Shown one piece after another: positions 26,101 through 38,838 of a DNA stretch of 64,000 nt (positions are counted from its first letter, which is position 1; each line of letters begins with the position of its first letter). This stretch comes from Eledone cirrhosa (lineage: Eukaryota), in assembly GCA_964016885.1 (NCBI GenBank), contig OZ024746.1, positions 95,356,001 to 95,420,000 on the forward strand. The letters run 5' to 3'. The translations under genes and the position numbers were made by a program. The notes beneath the pieces are model-generated. The model was not told where the DNA came from and did not search any database. It was given only the letters and a program-made list of their open reading frames with translations.

Positions 26101-27356
26101 GGGGTGGGGTCATAATTATATTATTATAGTTGAGATATAGAGAAAGTGTTTCTACCTTCATTGTGTTATATATAATTATAGTTAAAGTGTAGGGAGAGTG
26201 TTACCTTTTTAATAATGTTATATTATAGTTAAGGTGTAGAGAGAATGTCATATTCATAATGTTATATTATTATTTTAACCCCTTTAGCATTTACATTACT
26301 CTATATATACTATTGTATTTTTGTGGTAAAAGCTTTATCTTACAAAATTATCGCAAATAATATAAAATCTACAAGATTTTGATGTTTTTCTTTTTTAAAA
26401 CAATACTTTGAAGTTAGTATGAGTAGCCATTTAATGCTGGTTTGAACAGAAAGAGGTGAGAGAACTCTGGCCAGATACGGCCAGTTTAAATGCTAAAGGG
26501 TTAAGACAAAAAGCGCCTAGCCCACACTGTAGGGTGATCATGTAGGGGTCACGACAAAAAGCACCCAGTACTCACTGTAAATGTGGTTGGTGTTAGAAAG
26601 GGCATCCAGCTGTAGAAACCAATTCAAAACCAGTCCTATATGAGCAAGTCATAGTCATCATATCTGGCTTAACTCACAACAGGGCAACATGTCTAACCCA
26701 TGCTAGTGTGGAAAAATTAACATTAAACAGTGATGATGATGATGGTGTAGTGAAATTTTTTTGACCTTTATAATGTGTCTATATTGGAATAAATATAGGT
26801 ATGCTTTGAGTGTTTGGTAACAAAGAAGTTATAAACAATGTGGTGGTTGTCTCCTAGGAATTTACTGGGTATTAGTATCGCAAGCTGTTTGTTAATCCAC
26901 CAAAATGGATAATTCATCCCAGGTCTGAAAATTGATGTAGAACTAAACTATCTTTGTTGTGACTGGAATTGAATTTTATTTTCAATTTTGCTTTTCATCC
27001 TTTCAAGAGTGATATATTAAGTACCAGTTCAGTATTGGGGTTAGCCCCCCCCCTCTCTCTCTCTCTCTCTCTTTACACGCACATGTATATATATAATTCA
27101 AGTATAAAAGATATATGTATATATATATATAGAGAGAGAGAGAAAGGACCATATATCCATGAGAAAACAAAATATATTGTATAAATACAGAGCACATATT
27201 TTAAAAAAAAATATGTACTCTAGAGAGAAGCACAAAAATCAAACATGTTTGTTATGTTTCGATTCCTCACATTTATATATATATATATAAGTATAGTTAT
27301 ATATAAATATATATATATAAGTATAGTTATATATATATATATATATATATATATAA

Positions 27357-27412
<56 letters not shown>

Positions 27413-28242
27413 ATACTTTGGGAGGGTCATGTTGCCAATATATATATATGGTGGGTAATAATAAATATTACCCAGTTACAAGTATGAAATAGCTCGATGT
27501 AATATAACAAGTATACTACAGAGCTGATATACAATGTAAATGGCAATCAAAGAGTGTTTAAACTTTGAAACATTTAATCACTATTTCTCTGGAAGAAATT
27601 GGCTGTGTTTAAAATGTCCAAGACACATTGTATATCAGGACAGCAATCCAACAACTCCATCAGGAGTTTAGGGCCTTCTCCTTTCCATATCAAGTATCAT
27701 AAACAAATGTATTACATCATGTGACTAATACAACAAGGTGTCATGTAAACAAAAATGTATTACAGGATCAATACTGTAAATTGACTGATATAGAAAATAC
27801 CCTGAATTATATAATGTGGAAAGAGATAGAAGGCTAAACAATGCAAAATGGACTGTAAGATGAGGTAACAAAAAAGTAAGTAACCTGGTAATCTTTGTTT
27901 TGTTTTGTGTTGTGCTGTTCTTTCTTCTGTCTTAATATTTCATGACCTAAAATTCCCTTCTATCTCTTTCCACAGTATATATCATATACAATGCTTCAAG
28001 CAAACTACAATATTTTATTACCTGAATTATAGATTTTAAGAGGCAACTAAAAGGGTTAGCAACAGGAAGAGCATCCTGCTATAAAAATTTGTCTCAAAAA
28101 GGATCCCATGATTGGTAACAAGGCTGTCATGCAATAAAGATCCTGCTTTATCAAAGAAAACTGACTTAAAACCTTTTGCTTGTTTTGTAGATTGAAAATG
28201 AGGAAATAACTGAAACCTTTTTCTTATATTTTTAAAATAAAG

Positions 28243-28519
28243 GTGAAGACAACCCCTGAAAACTTAGAAGTTACATCTAAATATGAGGAAATGCTGACAA
28301 ACTTGACAAATGATGTTGACAATGTTGGAACATCGAGTACCATTTATAATAGGGCTACATCAGAAGACACTTTAATATCTGGCATAAATGAAACTATTAA
28401 CAGCAGTGATAGCAGCAACAGCAGCAACAGCAACAGCAATGATAGCAGCAGCAGCAGCACCAGCAGCAGCAGCACCAGCAGCAGCAGCAATGATAGCAGC
28501 AGCAGCAGCAACAGTGATA

Positions 28520-28568
<49 letters not shown>

Positions 28569-28708
28569 TGTAGGGGATTCTGCTGAGGTGGATATCATCA
28601 TGGATCCACCAGTCTGGGAACCAGTCACTTCAATAATAATCACAAACTGTTCCTATGCCAACAGCTTTGGAATTGAATTCTATGAGGAGAAATTTCACTT
28701 TCATGATG
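28243..28708 (+). CDS. Exon A of a mucin-like / SEA-like type-I membrane protein (Ser-rich region)
   Basis: AG at 28241-28242, donor G|GTAAGA at 28709. Open frame of 466 nt, ending in phase 1, which matches exon B. Confidence 0.75.
28400..28567 (+). repeat. Interrupted (AGC)n coding repeat giving poly-Ser with N/D/T interruptions
   Basis: Visible within the exon A reading frame. Confidence 0.9.
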
Positions 28709-28734
28709 GTAAGACATTTCTATCAGTTCAGAAT

Positions 28735-29640
28735 AGAATTTTTTGAAGCTGTTACTGGTTGTTGAGTAAAGCACTTAAAATACTTTACCAGCAATTTCCT
28801 TGTTGTTTTTGTCAAACCAGTCTTTGTTCTTCTTTGAGGTGCACCCAAGTACTTCCCCAGATGCCTGAAAAATGGCAGTTTTGAGTTGTTCCCAAAGTGT
28901 TTCAGGGGAAGGATCTGTGGATACACTTGCACCTTCAAGCTTTGACTGAAGAGCTGCCTGGAAGTTAGCTTCCACTTCAACTGATTGGAAACTGTCAACC
29001 TTGAACTTTTTTCCTGAGAGCCTCTCTTAAACCAGTCATATCCAGTCATATCCAGTCATATCCAGTCATATCCAGTCATATCCAGAATTATCTCAAAAGG
29101 TTAATGTGGAACTTGAGTTTGCCATGAATGAGGCAATGGTCTGTGAGACATTCCACACTGGGCATCACTCTGGTATGCAAGATGTCTTTCAGATCACACT
29201 GTTGCACTAGAATATAATCAATGAGGTGCCAATGTTTGGACCAAGGGTGCATCCAAGTTGTTTTCAAATTGTCATTCCTTTGGAAGATGGTGTTCATAAT
29301 GGCGAGTTTATGTTCTGTGCAGAACTCCAGCAGCAGCAGCACCTGTTGTCATTGAAGTTACCATGTCTCTCAAATACTCTCTCCCAAGCTACAGAATCTC
29401 AGGCCACTCAGGCATTGAAACCATCAAGGATTACGACCTTGTCATCTGTAGGAGACTGTACAGATCAGAGTAAAACTTTTTTACAGGATCTGCTTGAACA
29501 GTTGGGGAGGGCACACTGAAGAGTGTGGCATATTGCTGATTACTCAGAATGAGATGCATAGAGATGATGTGGTCAGAACCTGTTGGCAGGTTTTCAAGCT
29601 TGGAAGTGACAGAGTTTTTTACCATGAAGCCGACGCACAT
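28735..29640 (-). mobile_element. BovB-like RTE endonuclease fragment, with a (CCAGTCATAT)x5 repeat at 29032-29085
   Basis: KTTWMHPWSKHWHLIDYILV and KKNKDWFDKNN are BovB/RTE-1-type motifs. Confidence 0.8.
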
Positions 29641-29737
29641 TTGAGTTGATATTTTAAGCATTTTCAACTGTTAAAATCAGATGTTTTTTTTGTTTCAAAA
29701 AGAAACTGATACAAATTTTTATTATTTTCATTTTTAG

Positions 29738-29894
29738 ATGTAAATAAGTTTTTTCTTTTGGCAAGTCTTTCACAACAAGCAGCTTTCAGACTTGCAGAGG
29801 ATATCCTAAATATATTTAAAATATACTTCAATCTTGATGAATGTCAAATTGAAATTGTGATGGCTATAAATTATATGGGAGATTTTAACAATAG
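29738..29894 (+). CDS. Exon B (SEA-like domain, central part)
   Basis: TTTTCATTTTTAG acceptor, AG|GTAAAT donor, phase 1 in and phase 2 out. DVNKFFLLASLSQQAAFRLAEDILNIFKIYFNLDECQIEIVMAINYMGDFNN. Confidence 0.8.
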
Positions 29895-30182
29895 GTAAAT
29901 ATATATTCATATAAAACTTTGTCATGCCTGCATTTTTGTTTTTATCTTTTGTTTTGAAAATTTATTGTTATCAGCAACTTTTAAAATCTGTTCAACCCTT
30001 GCTAGTAGAGACAGTGGTAATTAAATTATGATGATAATGATGGTGTAAGACAAATTTAGAAAAATAAATGTTCATTCTTTAAAGATATGGAGGTGCAGAC
30101 TTTATGGTTATAGCGTTCACTTTTGGGTTCATATATATATCATCGTCATCATCATCATTTAATGTCCATTTTTGTTGCTATG

Positions 30183-30216
<34 letters not shown>

Positions 30217-30217
<1 letters not shown>

Positions 30218-32075
30218 TCCTGAGAGGGCCGTGGGGCAGAGTCCTCAAACAGTCCTTCCAGCAAGTGTCTTGCCATATGCAACCATCTCCAACTGATCTA
30301 GCTGGATTCCCAGGCGAGACCAGCCAAGCTCATGGATGTTATCCAACCATCTTGCTTGGGGTCTACCCCTGGGTCTCCTGCTGGTTGGTTTTGCCTGTAA
30401 AATCTGCCCAACAATTCTTTCCTGAGACATTCTAACCACATGTCCATAATACCGGAGCTATGATCTCTCAATTCAGAGAAGTAGCGGCTCTACTACCTGG
30501 AGTGACTCTGATCTCCAAGCAATGCACTTTATCAAGTAAAGTTACTCAAAAGACCATTTGGAGGAACCCCATTTTGCCCGCTTGCATTTGTGATCGGTTA
30601 TTACACAAGATTCATGACCATAGGTAAGGGTTGGCATGAATACCGAATTGAAGATAGCAAATTTGGCTTTTACGCCTACCTCCCTTCTGATTACTGAATG
30701 CAGAAGCTGGTACATTACTGCACCAGCTCCTGCAATTCTTGCACTTAATTTAGCCTCCTGCCTACCATCACTCATGAACACCCCCCTGAGATAGTTGAAC
30801 TTCTCCACCTGCTTCAGTGGAACTCTATTCACATGTAGAGTGCACTGCGCAGGCTTCCTTGTGAGGACGAGAGTCTCAGTTTTTGTAGCACTGATTTTCA
30901 TTCCAGCCATAAAGCACTCAGCATCAGACCTATCAAGTGCAAGTCGAAGATCATCTTCTGTCAAATTAAGTAACATCATGTCATCTGCAGATTGCAGCTG
31001 ACTGATTTTACACCTGCCAGTCATGATACCACTTCAAATCCAGCTTCGCATGTCAATCCTGTTCATGTAAATAATTGTTTCTACGTTAGGCACAAGGCCA
31101 GCAATTACCCAGAGCATTACTGGTACTTTATTTTATCGACCCCGTAAGGATGAAAGGCAAAGTTAACCTCGGCGGGATTTGTAAATAATGTTCATGTAAA
31201 TAATGAACAGGAGAAGTGACAGTACGCACTCTTGGCAGAGTTCGACTCCCACATTGAATGGTTTTGATTTATCCAAATACAAATTCTCCAGCATTCATAC
31301 AGAGACATCAGGGCAGCAAGAAGCTGACCATAAATCCCACACTCCTGCACAACCTTTCACTTATTTTTCTGCACATTATTTAAATCTTTTGATACAAAAC
31401 TGGCTCTGGTTCCAGGATACAAAACCATCCATTTTAAAGGGTTCCTATTTAAATTAAAATCTTGTATGTATGGACTTCTAGCTTCTGGTGAAATAATTGT
31501 TTCTACTTTTGGCACAAGGCCAGCAATTACCCAGTACATTACTGGTACTTTATTTTATCGACCCCCGTAAGGATCAAAGGCAAAGTTAACCTTGGCGAGA
31601 TTTGAACTCAGACCATAAAGGGCCGTAACTCTTTGCTGCAAAGCATGGCGTCCGACTCTCTACTGATACTGCCAATCCACCACTGGATCTTCGACTTGCA
31701 CTTGATAGGTCTGATGCTGAGTGCTTTATGGCTGGAATGAAAATCAGTGCTACAAAAACTGAGACTCTCGTCCTCTCAAGGAAGCCTGCGCAGTGCACTC
31801 TACATGTGAATAGAGTTCCACTGAAGCAGGTGGAGAAGTTCAACTATCTCAGGGGGGTGTTCATGAGTGATGGTAGGCAGGAGGCTAAATTAAGTGCAAG
31901 AATTGCAGGAGCTGGTGCAGTAATGTACCAGCTTCTGCATTCAGTAATCAGAAGGGAGGTAGGTGTAAAAGCCAAAGTTGCTATCTTCAATTCGGTATTC
32001 ATACCAACCCCTTACCTATGGTCATGAATCTTGTGTAATAACCGATCACAAATGTAAGCGGGCAAAATGGGGTTC
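30217..32075. mobile_element. RTE (Expander-like) fragment with inverted duplication and two SINE pieces
   Basis: About 30565-30952 (-) is near-identical to 31687-32075 (+). Minus-strand SINEs at 31072-31182 and 31494-31683. Confidence 0.8.
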
Positions 32076-33472
32076 ACCGCTGGTGAAATAATAAGGGTGC
32101 TGTAGTGGTATAGAGTGTGTCTTGGGGATTTTAAAGCTAGTGGGGCCCATCGCTAATATGTCTAAAGACAGCTGATTTCTCCCATTGAAGGAGAGAGTGA
32201 TAGAGAGGAATTGAGAAAGAGATATAAAGGAAGAATTGACCCCCACTACCGGACTGTTGCTTTTTTTTTTATTGATCTTGAAAAGATGGAAAGTGAAGTT
32301 GACTTTAGCAAGATTTGAGTGGAGAGAACCTAGACAAATATTGCAAAGCATTCCATCCAATCTGCTGACAACTCTACCAATTCTCTGCCGAGTTACTTAG
32401 TAATAAAATAATCAATAATTTCTGTAAAACCCTCAAAATTCTTCATTAACCCTTTAGCATTTACATTACTCTATATATACTATTATATTTTCACAATAAA
32501 GGCTCTACTTCACATAATTACATAATTATCTCACATAATATCGAATCTATGAGATTTTGATGTTATTGATTTTGAGAACAATACCTTAATGTTGGTATGA
32601 GTGACCAGTTATGGCTGGTTAGAGCCAGTTTGAACAGAAAGAGACGAGAGAATTTTGGCCGGATACAGTCGGTTTAAATGCTAAAGGGTTAATTAATTGA
32701 AATGGAATACATTTTATTAGGCATTTGGCTATAAAACTACAAAATGATTAAGTGACAGTTATTGTCACCACAGCCTGTGTACACAGAATGTGTGTACACA
32801 GAATCTTGACATGTAAAAAGCAAAATGTGTTAACATGGCAATCTTCAACCCACTCAGCCACTTTCACTTAATCAAAATATATGTTTTACAGATAAAAGAC
32901 AACTCTTATAATTTTAATTGCATACTATGGCTGGAAGCTTATTTATACGCCATTGTAACAATGTATTTGAGCAGTCCACTAGTTTAATAACAACTGTGCT
33001 GTTTTGTTTCTTTCATATAAGTTTGCACTGCTAGCTGAGTTGATAAGATGTTGATTACTAGGCTGGGTTAATTGTCTGCTGTTATCAAGATGGGATGTCA
33101 TGTTCATGTCAAAACTACTTAAATCTCAGTGGCTCTATACATTATCATCATCATCATCACCGTTTTACATCCATATTCTGCACTAGCATGGGTTAAACAA
33201 GTTGTTCTGTTGTGGGCAGTGCTAGGTCAGGTGACCATATTTTGTTCATACAGAACTGATTTTAGCTTGGTTTCTACAGCTGGATGCTCTTCCTAACACC
33301 AACCTCACTTACAGTGTGTACTGGGTTCTTTTTGTCGTAACACCTACACGACTACTTTACATTGTGGACTGGGTTCTTTTTGTCGTGACACCTACATATA
33401 TTTTTCATATATTTTATACATATATTTTATACATACTATACTGATGAGGAGGTTCTTGTCATCTTTGGTAGC

Positions 33473-35637
33473 TCACCTTACCAAGGTGTCAGGTGATGCC
33501 TGTGAGGGTGCCTAGTTGTTCCAGTACCTTAGACACGCCATCACCTGGCCTTACTAAGGTGTCAGGTGATGCCCGTGAGGGTACCTAGTTGTTCCAGTAC
33601 CTTAGACACGCCATCACCTAGCCTTACCAAGGTGTCAGGTGATGCCTGTGAGGGTGCCTAGTTGTTCCAGTACCTTAGACACGCCATCACCTGACCTTGC
33701 TAAGGTGTCAGGTGATGCCCGTGAGGGTACCTAGTTGTTCCAGTACCTTAGACACGCCATCACCTGGCCTTACTAAGGTGTCAAGTGATGCCCGTGAGGG
33801 TACCTAGTTGTTCCAGTACCTTAGACACGCCATCACCTGGCCTTACTAAGGTGTCAAGTGATGCCCGTGAGGGTACCTAGTTGTTCCAGTACCTTAGACA
33901 CGCCATCACCTGGCCTTACTAAGGTGTCAAGTGATGCCCGTGAGGGTACCTAGTTGTTCCAGTACCTTAGACACGCCATCACCTGGCCTTACTAAGGTGT
34001 CAGGTGATGCCCGTGAGGGTACCTAGTTGTTCCGGTACCTTAGACACGCCATCACCTGACCTTGCTAAGGTGTCAGGTGATGCCCGTGAGGGTACCTAGT
34101 TGTTCCAGCACCTTAGACACGCCATCATCTGGCCTTACTAAGGTGTCAGGTGATGCCCGTGAGGGTACCTAGTTGTTCCAACACCTTAGACACGCCATCA
34201 CCTGGCCTTGCTAAGGTGTCAGGTGATGCCCGTGAGGGTGCCTAGTTGTTCCAACACCTTAGACACGCCATCACCTGGCCTTGCTAAGGTGTCAGGTGAT
34301 GCCCGTGAGGGTACCTAGTTGTTCCAACACCTTAGACACGCCATCACCTGGCCTTGCTAAGGTGTCAGGTGATGCCCGTGAGGGTGCCTAGTTGTTCCAA
34401 CACCTTAGACACGCCATCACCTGGCCTTGCTAAGGTGTCAGTTGATGCCCATGAGGGTGCCTAGTTGTTCCAACACCTTAGAGAAGCCATCACCTAGCCT
34501 TACCAAGGTGTCAGGTGATGCCCGTGAGGGTACCTAGTTGTTCCAACACCTTAGACACGCCATCACCTGGCCTTGCTAAGGTGTCAGGTGATGCCCGTGA
34601 GGGTGCCTAGTTGTTCCAACACCTTAGACACGCCATCACCTGGCCTTGCTAAGGTGTCAGGTGATGCCCGTGAGGGTGCCTAGTTGTTCCAACACCTTAG
34701 AGAAGCCATCACCTGGCCTTACCAAGGTGTCAGGTGATGCCCGTGAGGGTGCCTAGTTGTTCCAACACCTTAGACACGCCATCACCTGGCCTTGCTAAGG
34801 TGTCAGGTGATGCCCGTGAGGGTGCCTAGTTGTTCCAACACCTTAGAGAAGCCATCACCTGGCCTTACCAAGGTGTCAGGTGATGCCCGTGAGGGTGCCT
34901 AGTTGTTCCAACACCTTAGACACGCCATCACCTGGCCTTGCTAAGGTGTCAGGTGATGCCCGTGAGGGTGCCTAGTTGTTCCAACACCTTAGAGAAGCCA
35001 TCACCTAGCCTTACCAAGGTGTCAGGTGATGCCCGTGAGGGTGCCTAGTTGTTCCAACACCTTAGAGACGCCATCACCTAGCCTTACCAAGGTGTCAGGT
35101 GATGCCCGTGAGGGTGCCTAGTTGTTCCAACACCTTAGAGACGCCATCACCTAGCCTTACCAAGGTGTCAGGTGATGCCCGTGAGGGTGCCTAGTTGTTC
35201 CAACACCTTAGACACGCCATCACCTGGCCTTGCTAAGGTGTCAGGTGATGCCCGTGAGGGTACCTAGTTGTTCCAGTACCTTAGACACGCCATCACCTGA
35301 CCTTGCTAAGGTGTCAGGTGATGCCTGTGAGGGTGCCTAGTTGTTCCAACACCTTAGACACGCCATCACCTGGCCTTGCTAAGGTGTCAGGTGATGCCCG
35401 TGAGGGTGCCTAGTTGTTCCAGTACCTTAGACACGCCATCACCTGACCTTGCTAAGGTGTCAGGTGATGCCTGTGAGGGTGCCTAGTTGTTCCAACACCT
35501 TAGAGACGCCATCATCTGGCCTTGCTAAGGTGTCAGGTGATGCCCGTGAGGGTGCCTAGTTGTTCCAGTACCTTAGACACGCCATCACCTGGCCTTGCTA
35601 AGGTGTCAGGTGATGCCCGTGAGGGTACCTAGTTGTT
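33473..35637. repeat. 73-bp GC-rich tandem array, about 30 units, each self-complementary
   Basis: Unit AAGGTGTCAGGTGATGCCCGTGAGGGTACCTAGTTGTTCCAGTACCTTAGACACGCCATCACCTGGCCTTACT; period 33483 to 33556. Confidence 0.97.
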
Positions 35638-36044
35638 TCACTGCCTTTGTAATGCTGCAAGCATATTGGTTTACCTCAAAATATTCCATTGACCCTTGTG
35701 ATATGCGGCCGATTGTTGCACTTGGTGGTGAATCGATGTTCATTTTTGTTTTTGCCTCTTCCCCTTCCTTTTTTTTTTTCTTTCTCTCACTTTCATATAT
35801 TTTGGCACATTACATTTGTTAGGTTTCTAGTAATAGTCAATTGTATTTATTACATGTGTTTATATTTTCATTCTGAAAGAATTATGAACAATTTGTAATG
35901 TTATTTATACAACTGTGAATAAAATATATTTCTATACTGCATCATACTATACTATACTATACTATACTATACTATACTATACTATACTATACTATACTAT
36001 ACTATACTATACTATACTATATATATTTTTTCAACCAAATTTAG

Positions 36045-36246
36045 TGTCTCTCAATCTGTGGTCAAATATGTGATTTATTACGAAGGAGTTGGTGTAAAAA
36101 TAAATGAAGAATCTGAGAAAATAATTATAGATAAATTAACCCATTATCCAATCAAGCTGAACTCTCCAAAGACAACTGTTAAACTAAAAGAGACCAAATA
36201 TACAACATTTTTACCCACTTCTCTCAACCCTCAGGAACAGAATCAT
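36045..36246 (+). CDS. Exon C (SEA-like C-terminal part and stalk)
   Basis: TTTAG acceptor, CAT|GTAAGA donor, phase 2 in and phase 0 out. SVSQSVVKYVIYYEGVGVKINEESEKIIIDKLTHYPIKLNSPKTTVKLKETKYTTFLPTSLNPQEQNH. Confidence 0.8.
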
Positions 36247-36315
36247 GTAAGATCTTTTTTTTTACTTGATAACTTTGTTTATGTTAAGTTTTATAATTCC
36301 CTTACCAATTACATT

Positions 36316-36625
36316 GGCCCTAGGACAACCACCAAACTCACCCCCATCAGCACCCCGTAGCAGTGGAGACTTCTGGTGTCCTTGGCCCTAGGACCACCTC
36401 CCTACTCACCCCCATCACCACCCCGTAGCAGTGGAGACTTCTGGTGTCCTTGGCCCTAGGACCACCTCCCTACTCACCACCATCAGCACGGTGTTGGCTA
36501 CCTGCAGGTGTGCACCTCATTAGTTGGAATGGCTCTTCCAATGCATCTCTCTCACCATTGTCCTGGGAAACACCTTATCTATGCTGTCTGCTGGGGCCAC
36601 AGGACAGCCAGCACATGGGCTCCCA
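36316..36625 (+). mobile_element. CRE-like LINE 3' end with an internal 68-bp unit repeated about 2.5 times
   Basis: VETSGVLGPRTTSLLT...LEWLFQCISLTIVLGN. Units start at 36316, 36384 and 36452. Related pieces at 39103-39245 (+) and 39370-39715 (-). Confidence 0.7.
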
Positions 36626-36639
36626 TTTGCTTATAATAG

Positions 36640-38838
36640 TGAGAGATGGGGAGAGTGGGAGAGACAGAGGTAGTGAGAGAAAGAGAGAGATGGGGAGAGC
36701 GAGAGAGACAGAGGCAGTGAGTGAAAGAGAGAGATGGGGAGAGTGAGAGAGACAGAGGCAGTGAGTGAAAGAGAGAGATGGGGAGAGCGAGAGAGACAGA
36801 GGCAGTGAGTGAAAGAGAGAGATGGGGAGAGTGGGAGAGACAGAGGCAGTGAGTGAAAGAGAGAGATGGGGAGAGTGGGAGAGACAGAGGCAGTGAGTGA
36901 AAGAGAGAGATGGGGAGAGTGGGAGAGACAGAGGCAGTGAGTGAAAGAGAGAGATGGGGAGAGCGAGAGAGACAGAGGCAGTGAGTGAAAGAGAGAGGTG
37001 GGGAGAGCGAGAGAGACAGAGGCAGTGAGTGAAAGAGAGAGATGGGGAGAGTGAGAGAGACAGAGGCAGTGAGTGAAAGAGAGAGATGGGGAGAGCGAGA
37101 GAGACAGAGGCAGTGAGTGAAAGAGAGAGATGGGGAGAGTGGGAGAGACAGAGGCAGTGAGTGAAAGAGAGAGATGGGGAGAGTGGGAGAGACAGAGGCA
37201 GTGAGTGAAAGAGAGAGATGGGGAGAGTGGGAGAGACAGAGGCAGTGAGTGAAAGAGAGAGATGGGGAGAGCGAGAGAGACAGAGGCAGTGAGTGAAAGA
37301 GAGAGGTGGGGAGAGCGAGAGAGACAGAGGCAGTGAGTGAAAGAGAGAGATGGGGAGAGCGAGAGAGACAGAGGCAGTGAGTGAAAGAGAGAGATGGGGA
37401 GAGTGAGAGAGACAGAGGCAGTGAATGAAAGAGAGAGATGGGGAGAGTGAGAGAGCAGAGGCAGTGAGTGAAAGAGAGAGATGGGGAGAGTGAGAGAGAC
37501 AGAGGCAGTGAGTGAAAGAGAGAGATGGGGAGAGTGGGAGAGACAGAGGCAGTGAGTGAAAGAGAGAGATGGGGAGAGCGAGAGAGACAGAGGCAGTGAG
37601 TGAAAGAGAGAGATGGGGAGAGCGAGAGAGACAGAGGCAGTGAGTGAAAGAGAGAGATGGGGAGAGCGAGAGAGACAGAGGCAGTGAGTGAAAGAGAGAG
37701 ATAGGGAGAGTGAGAGAGACAGAGGCAGTGAGTGAAAGAGAGAGATGGGGAGAGTGAGAGAGACAGAGGCAGTGAGTGAAAGAGAGAGATGGGGAGAGCG
37801 AGAGAGACAGAGGCAGTGAGTGAAAGAGAGAGATGGGGAGAGTGAGAGAGACAGAGGCAGTGAGTGAAAGAGAGAGATGGGGAGAGTGAGAGAGCAGAGG
37901 CAGTGAGTGAAAGAGAGAGATGGGGAGAGTGAGAGAGACAGAGGCAGTGAGTGAAAGAGAGAGATGGGGAGAGTGAGAGAGACAGAGGCAGTGAGTGAAA
38001 GAGAGAGATGGGGAGAGTGAGAGAGCAGAGGCAGTGAGTGAAAGAGAGAGATTGGGAGAGTGAGAGAGACAGAGGCAGTGAGTGAAAGAGAGAGATGGGG
38101 AGAGTGAGAGAGACAGAGGCAGTGAGTGAAAGAGAGAGATGGGGAGAGGGAGAGAGCAGAGGTAGTCAGTGAAAGAGAGAGATGGGGAGAGTGAGAGAGA
38201 CAGAGGCAGTGAGTGAAAGAGAGAGGTGGGGAGAGCGAGAGAGACAGAGGCAGTGAGAGAAAGAGAGAGATGGGGAGAGTGAGAGAGACAGAGGCAGTGA
38301 GTGAAAGAGAGAGATGGGGAGAGTGAGAGAGACAGAGGCAGTGAGTGAAAGAGAGAGATGGGGAGAGTGAGAGAGCAGAGGTAGTGAGAGAAAGAGAGAG
38401 ATGGGGAGAGTGAGAGAGACAGAGGCAGTGAGTGAAAGAGAGAGGTGGGGAGAGTGAGAGAGACAGAGGCAGTGAGTGAAAGAGAGAGATGGGGAGAGTG
38501 AGAGAGCAGAGGCAGTGAGAGAAAGAGAGAGATGGGGAGAGTGAGAGAGACAGAGGCAGTGAGTGAAAGAGAGAGGTGGGGAGAGTGAGAGAGACAGAGG
38601 CAGTGAGTGAAAGAGAGAGATGGGAGAGTGAGAGAGACAGAGGCAGTGAGTGAAAGAGAGAGATGGGGAGAGTGAGAGAGACAGAGGCAGTGAGTGAAAG
38701 AGAGAGATGGGGAGAGTGAGAGAGACAGAGGCAGTGAGTGAAAGAGAGAGGTGGGGAGAGTGAGAGAGACAGAGGCAGTGAGTGAAAGAGAGAGGTGGGG
38801 AGAGCGAGAGAGCAGAGGCAGTGAGAGAAAGAGAGAGA
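36640..38838. repeat. 44-bp purine-rich minisatellite, about 50 units
   Basis: Unit GAGAGAGATGGGGAGAGTGAGAGAGACAGAGGCAGTGAGTGAAA. Confidence 0.97.

Noticed and set aside
28344-28643. Poly-Leu (-) and poly-Ala (+) ORFs
   Set aside because: Alternative frames of the (AGC)n tract; only the poly-Ser frame fits the splice phases.
33473-35637. CRISPR-like array
   Set aside because: The repeats are palindromic but have no unique spacers, there are no cas genes, and the context is eukaryotic.
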